Notes: a model not told the origin generated them from the letters alone. Counted from the stretch's first letter, positions 9,552 to 18,441 are shown. The stretch is 64,000 nucleotides of DNA from Capsulimonadaceae bacterium (GCA_965215505.1 OZ244065.1:2912001-2976000), one strand, 5' to 3'. Numbers and translations are program-made.

Positions 9552-9716
9552 GGCATGCCGCGGTTTCAACCCGTGGCATTTTGCGACATTTGCGAGACGT
9601 TTACGCACAGGCAACGGCCATCCATGTCGGCTCTTACCCTTCTCAGCGCATTCTTCCGCCGCTGTTAACGGCTTCTCCGTGCGTATCCCGTGCCGCCGTT
9701 AGCGAACACTGCCCCC

Positions 9717-9826
9717 TAGACCAGACACCCCGAACCTGCCATAATAAAATCACGTTGCCGAAATTGACGGCGACAACCAAAGCAGCGTACAAGAGAGCGA
9801 CGACCCGAGGGGTCGCCGCTTTTTTT
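9717..9826 (+). ncRNA. Candidate small RNA or orphan attenuator (promoter 9717-9745, RNA ~9751-9826)
   Basis: TAGACC-N17-CATAAT, hairpin GTTGCCG/CGGCGAC, then an intrinsic terminator with a T7 tail; no ORF. Confidence 0.4.
9796..9826 (+). terminator. Intrinsic terminator (possibly bidirectional)
   Basis: AGCGACGACCC-GAG-GGGTCGCCGCT-TTTTTT. Confidence 0.8.
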
Positions 9827-9847
9827 GCGTCTGCACCTTACCGCGCC

Positions 9848-11182
9848 TCAAGCGGCGGCCTCTACTGGGACAGGCGGCAGCGTCTCTAGTGCCGCCTCGG
9901 GAGCCTCCTCCAATCCGGCCTTCTTCCCGTCCAGCAGGCAGGTGACGGTCATGTCGCCCATGACATTGATTGCCGTCCGGCAGCGGTCCAGGAACCAGTC
10001 CAGGGGCAGCAGCAGGGGGATGTACTCGGTCGGAAGGTGGACGGCGGTGAAGACGGCAAGCATCGTCACCAGCCCCGCTTCGGGGATGCCCGCCGCGCCG
10101 ACCGAGGCCAAAATCGCCATGAAGACGACCACCACCTGCTGCCCCAGGCCCAGGTGCAGGCCCAGGGCCTGCCCGATGAACAGGGCCGCCATCGCCTCAT
10201 ACAAGGCCGTCCCGTCGTGGTTGAACGTGCCGCCCACCATGACCCCCAGCCCCGCCGAAGCCTCCCGTACCTTCATTCCGTCCTTCACGGCCGCATAGGT
10301 CACCGGCAAAGTCGCCGCGCTGCTGGCCGTGGAGAAGGCCATCATCAGGGCGTCCGATCCCGCCGCCAGGAACTTGCCGGGACGGACCCAGGAGCCGAGC
10401 CGCAGGCGGGCCATGTAGAAGACGGCCTGGAGGGCGAGTGCCAACAGGACGGCGATGACGAACACGCCCATGGACAGCAGGGGCCGGATGCCGGACGTCC
10501 CGACGGTCCGGGCGACGACCGAGAAGACGGCCAATGGGACCAGATCGAAGATCCAGTGCAGCATGACCATGACGCACTGGAACGAGGTGTCCAGGAAGCT
10601 TTCTACGCCCCGGTAGCCCGTCACGCCCTCGGCGCTCTGCCGGACGCGCACGATCCGCAGGGCGCTCCCGAGGGCGACGGCGATGATGATGATGGAGATG
10701 ATCTCGTTGTGCAGGAACGGGTCAATCAGGTTCGCCGGGATCTTGTCCAGCATGTCATGGACGGGGTTAAAAGGCGCGGCGGTCAGCGTCCCTCCGGGCG
10801 GCGCGAGGTGCGCCCAGTGGCCGGGCCGGATGATGTTAGCAACCAGCAGCCCGATCAGGATGGCGGCGACGGTGTTTGTAATCAGAAAAAAGAACAGGCG
10901 CGCGCCCGTCTTCCCGCTGACGTCCGCTTTCATCAGGGCGTGGATCACGGCGACCAGGATAAGCGGGGTCGCCAGCAGCCGCAGGAGCTGCAAGACGATG
11001 TCGCTGAAGGGCTTGAAGACGACGGCCCTCGCCCCCATCAGCTCGCCCACCAGGATGCCCAGGGCCAGAGAGATGAGGATGCGGATGTACAAGGGGATGC
11101 GCCGATACCAGGCGAGGCGGTCGGCGGGCGCGGCCTCGCCCGGAGGCATGACGGGATGGGATGGGACGGCAGGACTGGACAT
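9848..11182 (-). CDS. Dicarboxylate/amino acid:cation symporter (DAACS/GltP family)
   Basis: AFSTASSAATLP, TFNHDGTALY, LDRCRTAINVMGD; GAGGAG RBS supports a start at 11182. Confidence 0.93.
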   Translation of the reverse strand: MSSPAVPSHPVMPPGEAAPADRLAWYRRIPLYIRILISLALGILVGELMGARAVVFKPFSDIVLQLLRLLATPLILVAVIHALMKADVSGKTGARLFFFLITNTVAAILIGLLVANIIRPGHWAHLAPPGGTLTAAPFNPVHDMLDKIPANLIDPFLHNEIISIIIIAVALGSALRIVRVRQSAEGVTGYRGVESFLDTSFQCVMVMLHWIFDLVPLAVFSVVARTVGTSGIRPLLSMGVFVIAVLLALALQAVFYMARLRLGSWVRPGKFLAAGSDALMMAFSTASSAATLPVTYAAVKDGMKVREASAGLGVMVGGTFNHDGTALYEAMAALFIGQALGLHLGLGQQVVVVFMAILASVGAAGIPEAGLVTMLAVFTAVHLPTEYIPLLLPLDWFLDRCRTAINVMGDMTVTCLLDGKKAGLEEAPEAALETLPPVPVEAAA

Positions 11183-11329
11183 GGGATTTGTCTCCTCTCG
11201 GTTCCTTTGCATTATACCATCGGTTTTTCTAATATAGCATATTGTAATAAAAAATAATACTAAATGAATATCGCCTGTGCTATCGGGTAATATAAGAGCC
11301 TACCGATCAGGATACAAACGGAGACTCCG

Positions 11330-12355
11330 ATGCACGGCGATGAAGAATCAGGCGACAAGCAGGGCGACGCGGCGGGGGCGGAGTCGCCCTCCGCCATTTC
11401 ACTGCGGGACCGGAAGCTCAAAAAGGTCCGGAAGATATTCGGCGTTACCGCCCAGCAGCTCGCGGCCCTGGCTCAGTTCGCGCCCTCGGTCGTCTCCCAG
11501 GTCGAAACCGGGCGTCGGCAGTTGAGCGACGAGACGCGCGAAAAGATCTGCCGGGCTTTGGGCTTCCCGGACTACGTCTGGGGGCGGCCGTGGCTGTTCG
11601 AGGAGGTCACGTTTGTACGCAAGGCGACTTATGACGCCCTCCCCGCCTCGGTGCCGTCCGGCCTGCGGGATGTCCGCCCGACGCGGACCTGGAACGCGGA
11701 AAAGCAGGACTGGGTGCGCTACAATGCCCACCCGACCATGGTCACGAATGCCCTCTATGCGTTCCTCAGCATGGAAGAACTCCAGGAGCATGAGCGGCCC
11801 CGGCCCTCCTCCGAGCCGTTCAGCGTGTTCGAGGGCGGGGCGATGCAGCTCAGTCTCCTGGAATTCTCCGTGGACAGCCTGGACCGGCTGGTCATTGACG
11901 CCCATGAGGGGGAAGAAGTATATTATGTGATGGAGGGGAACATCGACCTCGCCATCATGGAGCGCCCGCCCCAGGATTTAGCTCCGAAAGAGGATCGCGA
12001 CGACTTCCCGCTCAAGCGCCAGCGCTACTTCCGGTCGGACGTGACGGGCCGGGTGAAGGTAGAGGCGCAGGCCTTAGACCTGCTCCGCGAGGAACACCCG
12101 AAGCTGGAAAACTGGCTGGACCAATTTGAACCCGTCCGCAGCCCGCTCTATGAAGGGCGGTTCTGCGAGGTCCCCTGCGAGATCTTTTCGCTCGGACCGG
12201 GCGACATCGTGCGGGTGAACTCGAAATGGCCCCACGGCGGGTTTGCACGAGTGAACGGGGGAAGCGGTCCGCGCGCCCGCGCCCTGTTTACGGTCACAGG
12301 GAGCTATTTCGCCGAGACGGTTCAGGAGGATACGCAGGGCCGCGCTCGTTCTTGA
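11330..12355 (+). CDS. XRE-family HTH plus cupin transcriptional regulator
   Basis: LKKVRKIFGVTAQQLA..SVVSQVETGRRQ HTH; cupin motifs HEGEEVYYVMEG and LGPGDIVRVNSKWPH. Confidence 0.75.
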   Translation: MHGDEESGDKQGDAAGAESPSAISLRDRKLKKVRKIFGVTAQQLAALAQFAPSVVSQVETGRRQLSDETREKICRALGFPDYVWGRPWLFEEVTFVRKATYDALPASVPSGLRDVRPTRTWNAEKQDWVRYNAHPTMVTNALYAFLSMEELQEHERPRPSSEPFSVFEGGAMQLSLLEFSVDSLDRLVIDAHEGEEVYYVMEGNIDLAIMERPPQDLAPKEDRDDFPLKRQRYFRSDVTGRVKVEAQALDLLREEHPKLENWLDQFEPVRSPLYEGRFCEVPCEIFSLGPGDIVRVNSKWPHGGFARVNGGSGPRARALFTVTGSYFAETVQEDTQGRARS

Positions 12356-12428
12356 GATACCGGCCATTCATGGCCGGTGCCTCTTCCCCCGGCAGGAGAA
12401 GCGCCCCACCCCGCCGAACAACCCCCGA

Positions 12429-13646
12429 ATGACACCCAAAGGGCTGACACCCAAGCGGCGCGTCCTCCTCCTGATCTGGCTGATGATGGCGGTCGCCTAC
12501 CTCGACCGGACCAACATCACCGTGGCCGGGCCGACCATGATGGCCGACCTGCACCTCAGCCACGCCCGGTTCGGGTGGGTGCTGGCCGCCTTCACCTTCG
12601 GCTACGCGCTGATGCAGATACCGGGCGGTTGGCTGGCCGACCGCATCGGGTCGCGCCCGCTGCTCATCGCCGCCCTCCTGATCTGGTCCGTCTTCACCGC
12701 GCTGACCGGCCTGACGGGCGCACTCGTCCCGCTGCTGGCCGTCCGCGCCCTGTTCGGGGTCGGGGAGGGGATCGAGAACGGGGCGCAGTTCAAGCTGATC
12801 GGCGACCACTTCGCCGCGCGGGAGCGGTCGGCGGCGACCGCCTTCTTCCTGACCGCCCTGCCGCTCGGCCCGGCCCTCGGTGCGCCGGTCGTGAGCTGGC
12901 TGCTGGGCCGGACCGGGTGGCACGCCATGTTCCTCTGGTTCGCGCTGCCCGGCCTGCTCGTCGCGCTCCTGCTGTTTTGTTTCTTGCCGAGGCAGGCGCG
13001 TGAGGTGGTGCATACCGAGGTCCGGGGCGAAACGGGGCGGGAATTAGGCTGGGGCGATGCGCTGAAGCGGCAATCTTCGTGGCTGACGTTTGCCGCTTAC
13101 GGCTTCTTCAACGTCGCCTTCTGGGGGTTCATCGGCTGGATGCCGACCTACCTCAGCCAGAGCCGCCACATCGAACTAAAGTCGCTGGGGCCGCTCGCCT
13201 CTGTCCCCTACCTCTGCGGCTTCGTGGGCATGGTGGTCATCGGCAGGCTTGGCGCGGGAGTCTTCTTCGGCCGCCGGGCCGCGCTCATCGCCGCGAGCTA
13301 TGGGTTCGCCGCCGTGTTCCTCTGCGTGACCTTCACAGCGACCAACATCCCCCGTTGCCTCGCGGGCCTGTCACTGGCCGCCTTCTTCCTTTACGGCGGC
13401 TTCGGCCCATTCTGGGCGGTCGCGCTGGACCTGACCCCGGACCGGATGCGCGGGGCGTTCACGGGCTTCGTCAACATGGGCGGGCAGATCGGCGGGTTCC
13501 TCGCGCCCATCGTCGTCGGCGCGCTCGTGACGCGGACAAAATCGTTCACCGACGGCTTTCTGTTCATGACGGCCGCGCTCGTTCTGGCCTCCATTTGCCT
13601 GCTCCGGCTGCAAACGGCGGAACTTTCGGGCAAAGAAGGCCGTTAG
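12429..13646 (+). CDS. MFS transporter (anion:cation symporter-like)
   Basis: YLDRTNI, QIPGGWLADRIGSR, about 12 TM segments. Confidence 0.92.
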   Translation: MTPKGLTPKRRVLLLIWLMMAVAYLDRTNITVAGPTMMADLHLSHARFGWVLAAFTFGYALMQIPGGWLADRIGSRPLLIAALLIWSVFTALTGLTGALVPLLAVRALFGVGEGIENGAQFKLIGDHFAARERSAATAFFLTALPLGPALGAPVVSWLLGRTGWHAMFLWFALPGLLVALLLFCFLPRQAREVVHTEVRGETGRELGWGDALKRQSSWLTFAAYGFFNVAFWGFIGWMPTYLSQSRHIELKSLGPLASVPYLCGFVGMVVIGRLGAGVFFGRRAALIAASYGFAAVFLCVTFTATNIPRCLAGLSLAAFFLYGGFGPFWAVALDLTPDRMRGAFTGFVNMGGQIGGFLAPIVVGALVTRTKSFTDGFLFMTAALVLASICLLRLQTAELSGKEGR

Positions 13647-13652
13647 AGAAGA

Positions 13653-14222
13653 ATGATTCGCCCGAGACTTCTACCCATCCGACTGTCCACGCCGGTAGAA
13701 CGTCTGCCTCTCGGGCCGTTCTGGGCCGCTCTCCTCTGGCCGTTCGGCGCGTTCCTGCTCCTGGCTCTCTGCACCCAACTGACCTGGCCGAGCCACGCCG
13801 TCCACCGCGCCGGCGACTTCGGCAGCCACACCCTCTATCAGTCGTTCATGGGCATCGCCGCCGCGCTGCTGATTTGGCGCGCGCTCCGCACCGGCCCCAA
13901 GCGCCTCCTGTGGTGGCCCCCCGCCGTCGCCGCCGGCACGGGGCTGTGCGTGGAAGTTTTGAAGCGGGCCACCCACCTGCCGCGCCCCGACGGCGACCCG
14001 ACCGGCTTCCCCAGCGGCCACACGACGTTTTCCTTTGCCATCGCTTGGCTGCTGACCCGGACCCACCCCAAGCTCGCCCCGCTCTGGTACGTCGTTGCCG
14101 TCGGCATCGGCTGGTCGCGGGTGGAGGGTGAGGCCCACTTCCCCTATCAGGTGCTTTGCGGGGCGGCTTTGGGGACGCTGCTGGCCTGGGCCATCAGCCG
14201 TTTCCTTCCAGCGCGGCGGTGA
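13653..14222 (+). CDS. PAP2-family phosphatase
   Basis: KRATHLPRP, FPSGH, SRVEGEAHFPYQV motifs. Confidence 0.88.
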   Translation: MIRPRLLPIRLSTPVERLPLGPFWAALLWPFGAFLLLALCTQLTWPSHAVHRAGDFGSHTLYQSFMGIAAALLIWRALRTGPKRLLWWPPAVAAGTGLCVEVLKRATHLPRPDGDPTGFPSGHTTFSFAIAWLLTRTHPKLAPLWYVVAVGIGWSRVEGEAHFPYQVLCGAALGTLLAWAISRFLPARR

Positions 14223-15315
14223 TCGGGAACGTCCACGTCTGGGAGGCTTCGGCCCGCAGGAGCAGGGTTTTTGCGGTCGCGTCTTTGGCGAGGGGGAAGA
14301 CGACCCGAAACGTATACTCTTCCCCCTGCTTGAAGTCGTGTTCCGGCTTCTCGCGGCTCTTTGCCTTCAGGAAGGCCACGTCCTTGTCGGTTTCGCCGTC
14401 CGAATCCGTGATGGAACACGGCGCGGGGTCCCCGGCCGTGAAGTCGTTCATGGTCTGCGTCGCGGCAATCAAGCTCTTCACCGTGATCGTCGCCACGGCA
14501 TACTTCTTTCCGTCTTCGGGGGCTTCCCGGTTCGGGAGCGCGCCGGTGTCATAGCTGAGGCTGTCCAGCCGGAGCGCGAAGTGGCCCGACGGCAGGAAGA
14601 CGCCGGCTGCCCCTTTGCCGCTGCCCAGGGCGGTCGCGCCGGTGGGGTCCGACGGGTCCCGGACGTTGTCGGGCAGCGGGGCGATCACGTTCCTGGGGTC
14701 GCCGGCCTGGCCCGCCTCGGCCTCCGTCGCGCCGGCCACGAAGTAGCGCAGGACCTTCTCGCCGCTGTTCAGGCGGCCCTGGTTGACCATGATCTTGACG
14801 ATCCGCGCTTTGGCCGGGATGACCATGCTGTAGCGCAGGGGGTCGTGCCGCTCCGGCTGCCCCAGCCCCTGTCCGGGCCGCAGGGTCCAGCCCGCCTCTT
14901 TGTCGCTCGTACTCGCGAGGACCATGTCCGCGATGCTGTTCGGGTACAGCTCGCCCTGGGCATCCACCAGCGTGATGTAGGCGTCCGCATTGTAGTAACT
15001 GTCGGACGGCCTGGCGTTCTTGATCGCCACATCCAGCACCACCAGCTTCTTGTCCGCCTGGGCCGCACGCGTCTCATGGGCCGGAATCGGCTCGACGGTG
15101 TAGCGGGCGGACAGCACTTCAAAGTTGAACCCGTCCTTCAGGCTGTAAACGGTGCCGAACGCGGCATCGCCCCCCGCGATCTGCTTCTGCCCCTTCGACT
15201 GATTAGGCATGGGCGTGTGGGCAGGGCGCTTCGCCTTGGGCGGGGCGGCTAGGCACAGGGTCGCGGCGGAGAAGAGGACGAGGGAGAGGGCTACAGGGCG
15301 GGCTTGGCGGTGCAT
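14194..15315 (-). CDS. Secreted protein with two DUF4352-like beta-sandwich domains
   Basis: Signal peptide; repeated KKLVVLDVAIKN..TLVDAQGE / KKYAVATITVKS..ITDSDGE; AGGAG RBS. Confidence 0.7.
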   Translation of the reverse strand: MHRQARPVALSLVLFSAATLCLAAPPKAKRPAHTPMPNQSKGQKQIAGGDAAFGTVYSLKDGFNFEVLSARYTVEPIPAHETRAAQADKKLVVLDVAIKNARPSDSYYNADAYITLVDAQGELYPNSIADMVLASTSDKEAGWTLRPGQGLGQPERHDPLRYSMVIPAKARIVKIMVNQGRLNSGEKVLRYFVAGATEAEAGQAGDPRNVIAPLPDNVRDPSDPTGATALGSGKGAAGVFLPSGHFALRLDSLSYDTGALPNREAPEDGKKYAVATITVKSLIAATQTMNDFTAGDPAPCSITDSDGETDKDVAFLKAKSREKPEHDFKQGEEYTFRVVFPLAKDATAKTLLLRAEASQTWTFPITAALEGNG

Positions 15316-15379
15316 GGGTGATGGCTCCTTTGGTTGGCTAATGTTACCCGCCAGTCGAGGCTGGCTGGGACAAGCGAGT

Positions 15380-15532
15380 GCGGGTTAGGACGAGTGATTA
15401 AAATCACTCGCTCCGGTAGGATTTGTCCAAGGGACAAGGGGATGAAGCAACGCCGCCCTGCCCTTCTCCCTCTTCTGTCCCCTGGACAGGTCCAGTGGCA
15501 GTGAGTGATTTTAATCACTCATCCTAGCTCGC
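15380..15532. repeat. REPIN-like long inverted repeat
   Basis: GCGGGTTAGGACGAGTGATTAAAATCACTCGC at 15380-15411 and an inverted copy at 15501-15532; inner TGTCCA..TGGACA arms. Confidence 0.7.
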
Positions 15533-15552
15533 TTTTGGCCTGCTCAAGTGCC

Positions 15553-15695
15553 GTGACAGACCCCGCGCAACGTCAGTTGGATGAAAAGACACCCGGCCGC
15601 CATCCTGCAAGATGTTCACGGCGGCGTTCGTGTCCCGTTCCAGCACCAGGCCGCATTCGGAACACCGATGGTGCCGCAGGGACAGCGTCTTCGGC
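15553..15695 (-). pseudogene. tnpB: tnpB 3' fragment (Zn ribbon plus RuvC-III) with a degenerate IS605 right end (..GTCAC)
   Basis: PKTLSLRHHRCSECGLVLERDTNAAVNIL, followed by TGAC...GGGGTCTGTCAC. Confidence 0.8.
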
Positions 15696-15759
15696 GCGAA
15701 CCGACCGTACCAAACGCGACGGTGAGGAGGCCAAAGGGGCAGAATGCCGTTGAGGTGGT

Positions 15760-15790
15760 AAAGGGGCACGATCTGTCGCGCCCTTTTTTA
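15760..15790. terminator. Bidirectional intrinsic terminator after the LRR gene
   Basis: AAAGGGGCACGA-TCTG-TCGCGCCCTTTTTT. Confidence 0.65.
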
Positions 15791-15796
15791 TTCAGG

Positions 15797-16234
15797 CTAG
15801 CTGATCTCTATTTCGGGCAGTGCGCTACGGAGGGTCTTTCGTCCCACTTTGGAGATCTGAGTTTCGTCTAGGCCGATTTCTCGCAGGCCGGTCATGGAGC
15901 GGAGAGCAAGCAGAGACCCATCGGTGACCTGGCAGCCGTATAAGAAGAGGTAGTGAAGTGTGGTCATCCCACCCAGGGCTGCGATACCGGCGTCCGTCAC
16001 AGCGGTGTCGGACAGCTCAAGCCATTCGAGTTGAGGCAGTTCCCGGAGCGCCGACACCCCCTGATCAGTGAGGCCGGTGCCACCCATATAAAGTGTCTTA
16101 ATTGTCGGGTGCCCCAAGAGAGTCACTACTGCGGCGTCCCCAATCTCATGGTGATTAGAAAGATCTACCGAAATAGCCTCGCCGCCTTCCCACTCAATGC
16201 GGTGGTCGCCTGCCACTAAGTCTTCTAGACGCAT
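15797..16234 (-). CDS. Leucine-rich-repeat protein (~24-aa repeats)
   Basis: Repeated LxxLxxLxxLxLxxTxVTDxG; lower GC than the flanks. Confidence 0.85.
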   Translation of the reverse strand: MRLEDLVAGDHRIEWEGGEAISVDLSNHHEIGDAAVVTLLGHPTIKTLYMGGTGLTDQGVSALRELPQLEWLELSDTAVTDAGIAALGGMTTLHYLFLYGCQVTDGSLLALRSMTGLREIGLDETQISKVGRKTLRSALPEIEIS

Positions 16235-16281
16235 GGTGTCCGTGTTCCTAATCAGTGTGAGGCAGAATTTCCCAGTTCAGA

Positions 16282-16304
16282 TAGCCACAGGTTTCAACCT
16301 GTGG
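16282..16304. repeat. REP-like hairpin (GCCAC..GTTTCAACC..GTGG family)
   Basis: TAGCCACAGGTTTCAACCTGTGG; related copies at 9555-9579, 63747-63769 and 63877-63899. Confidence 0.65.
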
Positions 16305-16316
16305 TGCCCTCTCGCC

Positions 16317-16496
16317 TTACGACAGACCAGCCTGCTGCTCGAACCATGTGGGCGAGCGCCCTAGGCAGTCGTAGTCATAAGCACGCCAGTGAAGCAGGGA
16401 GTTGTAGGGGTTGCGGCAGGTGTCCAGGGTATCCGTGAGAACGCGGGCCTGTGCTTTGGTGGGATAAAGCCGGTAGCGGAACGTCTGGTAAATCAT
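16317..16496 (-). pseudogene. tnpB: tnpB 5' fragment (HTH_OrfB_IS605-like), 59 aa
   Basis: MIYQTFRYRLYPTKAQARVLTDTLDTCRNPYNSLL..R..Y..GRS..FEQQ; GGAAGG RBS. Confidence 0.85.
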
Positions 16497-16549
16497 GGCC
16501 GCCTTCCCTAGCGAGCGTGTGAGGGGCAGGTAAACCCAGGACCACCTCA

Positions 16550-16727
16550 GTGACATATCCCGCCGTCGTGCATGGCAGGCCTTCTCCGTCAGGGCGACGA
16601 AAGCATTGATGCCCCAATGCCGAGGCTGGCAGTTTCGGAGAACCCGAAACCCCAATAGTGGCACTTCCCGCCGTGGTACAATGGCAGGCTTTCTTCGCCA
16701 AAGCGAACACATTAGCGCCCTAATGTG
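16550..16727 (-). ncRNA. Two tandem ~70-nt structured units resembling IS605 right-end/TnpB omegaRNA scaffolds
   Basis: Units at 16658-16727 and 16550-16621, each with three hairpins, ending GAAA/GAAG-GCCTGCC..GGCGGG-N4-G(C/T)CAC; TGGC/GCCA versus TGAC/GTCA covariation. Confidence 0.55.
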
Positions 16728-16729
16728 AG

Positions 16730-16804
16730 TGGTGGGTCGGTCGGGGCTCGAACCCGAAACCCTCTCATTAAAAGTAAGATGCTCTACCATTGAGCTACCG
16801 ACCC
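16730..16804 (-). tRNA. tRNA-Lys (anticodon TTT)
   Basis: GGGTCGG TAGCTCAATGGTAGAGC A TCTTA CT-TTT-AA TGAGA GGGTT TCGGGTTCGAGCCCCGA CCGACCC ACCA cloverleaf with encoded CCA. Confidence 0.96.
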
Positions 16805-16812
16805 ACGCCAAC

Positions 16813-16841
16813 ATTGTACCCAGTAAGGCGACCAAAGTCAA
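16813..16841 (-). promoter_or_regulatory. Sigma-70 promoter of tRNA-Lys
   Basis: TTGACT-N17-TACAAT. Confidence 0.75.
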
Positions 16842-16943
16842 CCTTTTTAGTCAAAGAAGCGGCAGGAGACGGGGGCAACGAAGGCGAACTAAAAGGGCAA
16901 GAACAAGCATTACACAAGTATCACAAACGGAGGCACGAGACAC

Positions 16944-18410
16944 ATGGCGGATAAACCGAATTTCGGACTGACGGGGCTTGCGGTCATGGGGCAGAACCTG
17001 GCGCGGAACGTCGCGCACAAGGGGTTCCCCATTGCCGTCCACAACCGGACGACGGAGAAGACCGACAAGTTCATGCAGGAGCACGGCGGCGAGGGGGCTT
17101 TGGTCGGGTCGCAGAGCGTGGAGGAGTTCGTCGGCGCGCTCCAGTCGCCGCGCGCCATCATGATCATGGTCAAGGCGGGCCGGGCCGTGGACGACGTCAT
17201 CGCCGAGATCAAGCCGCTGCTGGCTAAGGGCGACCTGCTGATCGACGGCGGCAACTCGCTGTTCTCGGACACCGAGCGGCGCGTCACCGAACTGGCCCAG
17301 GACGGCATCCTGTTCCTCGGGACGGGCGTCTCGGGCGGCGAGGAGGGGGCGCTGAACGGGCCGAGCATCATGCCCGGCGGGAACGAGGCGGCTTACAAGA
17401 TCGTCGAGCCGATCTTCACCAAGATTGCCGCCCAGGTGGATGGGACGCCCTGCTGCACCTACATCGGCGACGGCGGGGCGGGCCACTACGTCAAGATGGT
17501 CCACAACGGCATCGAGTACGCCGACATGCAGCTCATCGCCGAGGCGTATGACCTGCTCAAGAACGGGGCCGGGCTGACCAACGACGAGCTGCACGCGGTC
17601 TTCACGCAGTGGAACGAGGGCGACCTGGACTCGTTCCTGATCGAGATCACCGCCCAGATCTTCGCCAAGAAGGACGACGACACCGGCGACTACCTGGTGG
17701 ATCGCGTCCTGGACCGGGCCGCCCAGAAGGGGACCGGCAAGTGGACCGTCCAGAGCGCCTTGGACCTCGGCATCCCCGTCACGGCGATCACCGAGGCCGT
17801 TTTTGCGCGCGGCCTGTCGTCGTTCAAAGAGCAGCGCGTGGCCGCCTCCAAGGTCCTCCCCGGCCCGACCGGCGGCAAGGTCGAGGGGGATCGGCAGGCC
17901 TTCATTGACGCCGTCCGGGACGCCCTCTATGCCTCCAAGGTTGTCGCCTACGCCCAGGGGTTCGACCAGATGCTTGCGGCGGCACACGAGCATGGCTGGC
18001 AGCTCCACCCCGGCGAGATCGCGACCATCTGGCGGGGGGGGTGCATCATCCGCGCCCGCTTCCTGGACCGGATCAAGGACGCCTATGACCAGAACCCAGA
18101 CCTCGCGAACCTGCTGCTGGCCCCCTACTTCACCGAGGCGGTCGCCAAGGGCCAGGACGGCTGGCGGCGGGTCGTCGGCGAGGCCGCGCGGCTCGGCATC
18201 CCCATCCCGGCCTTCTCGTCGGCCCTGGCCTACTACGACGGCTACCGCCGCGAGCGGCTGCCGGCGAACTTGATCCAGGCCCAGCGCGACCTGTTCGGCG
18301 CACACACCTACGAGCGGACCGACAAGCCCGGCGCGTTCCACTCGCAGTGGGCCGAGGAGAAGCAGGAGCCGAAGTCGGAAGAGCAGCACGGCGTCCAGAC
18401 GACGGAGTGA
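16944..18410 (+). CDS. gndA: NADP-dependent 6-phosphogluconate dehydrogenase
   Basis: [49 protein letters not shown]. Confidence 0.97.
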   Translation: MADKPNFGLTGLAVMGQNLARNVAHKGFPIAVHNRTTEKTDKFMQEHGGEGALVGSQSVEEFVGALQSPRAIMIMVKAGRAVDDVIAEIKPLLAKGDLLIDGGNSLFSDTERRVTELAQDGILFLGTGVSGGEEGALNGPSIMPGGNEAAYKIVEPIFTKIAAQVDGTPCCTYIGDGGAGHYVKMVHNGIEYADMQLIAEAYDLLKNGAGLTNDELHAVFTQWNEGDLDSFLIEITAQIFAKKDDDTGDYLVDRVLDRAAQKGTGKWTVQSALDLGIPVTAITEAVFARGLSSFKEQRVAASKVLPGPTGGKVEGDRQAFIDAVRDALYASKVVAYAQGFDQMLAAAHEHGWQLHPGEIATIWRGGCIIRARFLDRIKDAYDQNPDLANLLLAPYFTEAVAKGQDGWRRVVGEAARLGIPIPAFSSALAYYDGYRRERLPANLIQAQRDLFGAHTYERTDKPGAFHSQWAEEKQEPKSEEQHGVQTTE

Positions 18411-18441
18411 GCAGATGAAAGGGCGGCAGGGACGAACAAAG

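Noticed and set aside
15751-15759. Local target of putative guide 2 (TGAGGTGGT)
   Set aside because: Only a 9-nt match, too short to distinguish from chance without a known TAM
16640-16762. attL/attR of a prophage or ICE at tRNA-Lys
   Set aside because: Only 13 bp are duplicated, ~110 bp apart, not including the tRNA 3' end, and no integrase is present
16317-16841. 174-aa ORF from the ORF track
   Set aside because: It runs through the tRNA and structured repeats; only the part from ATG 16496 is TnpB-like
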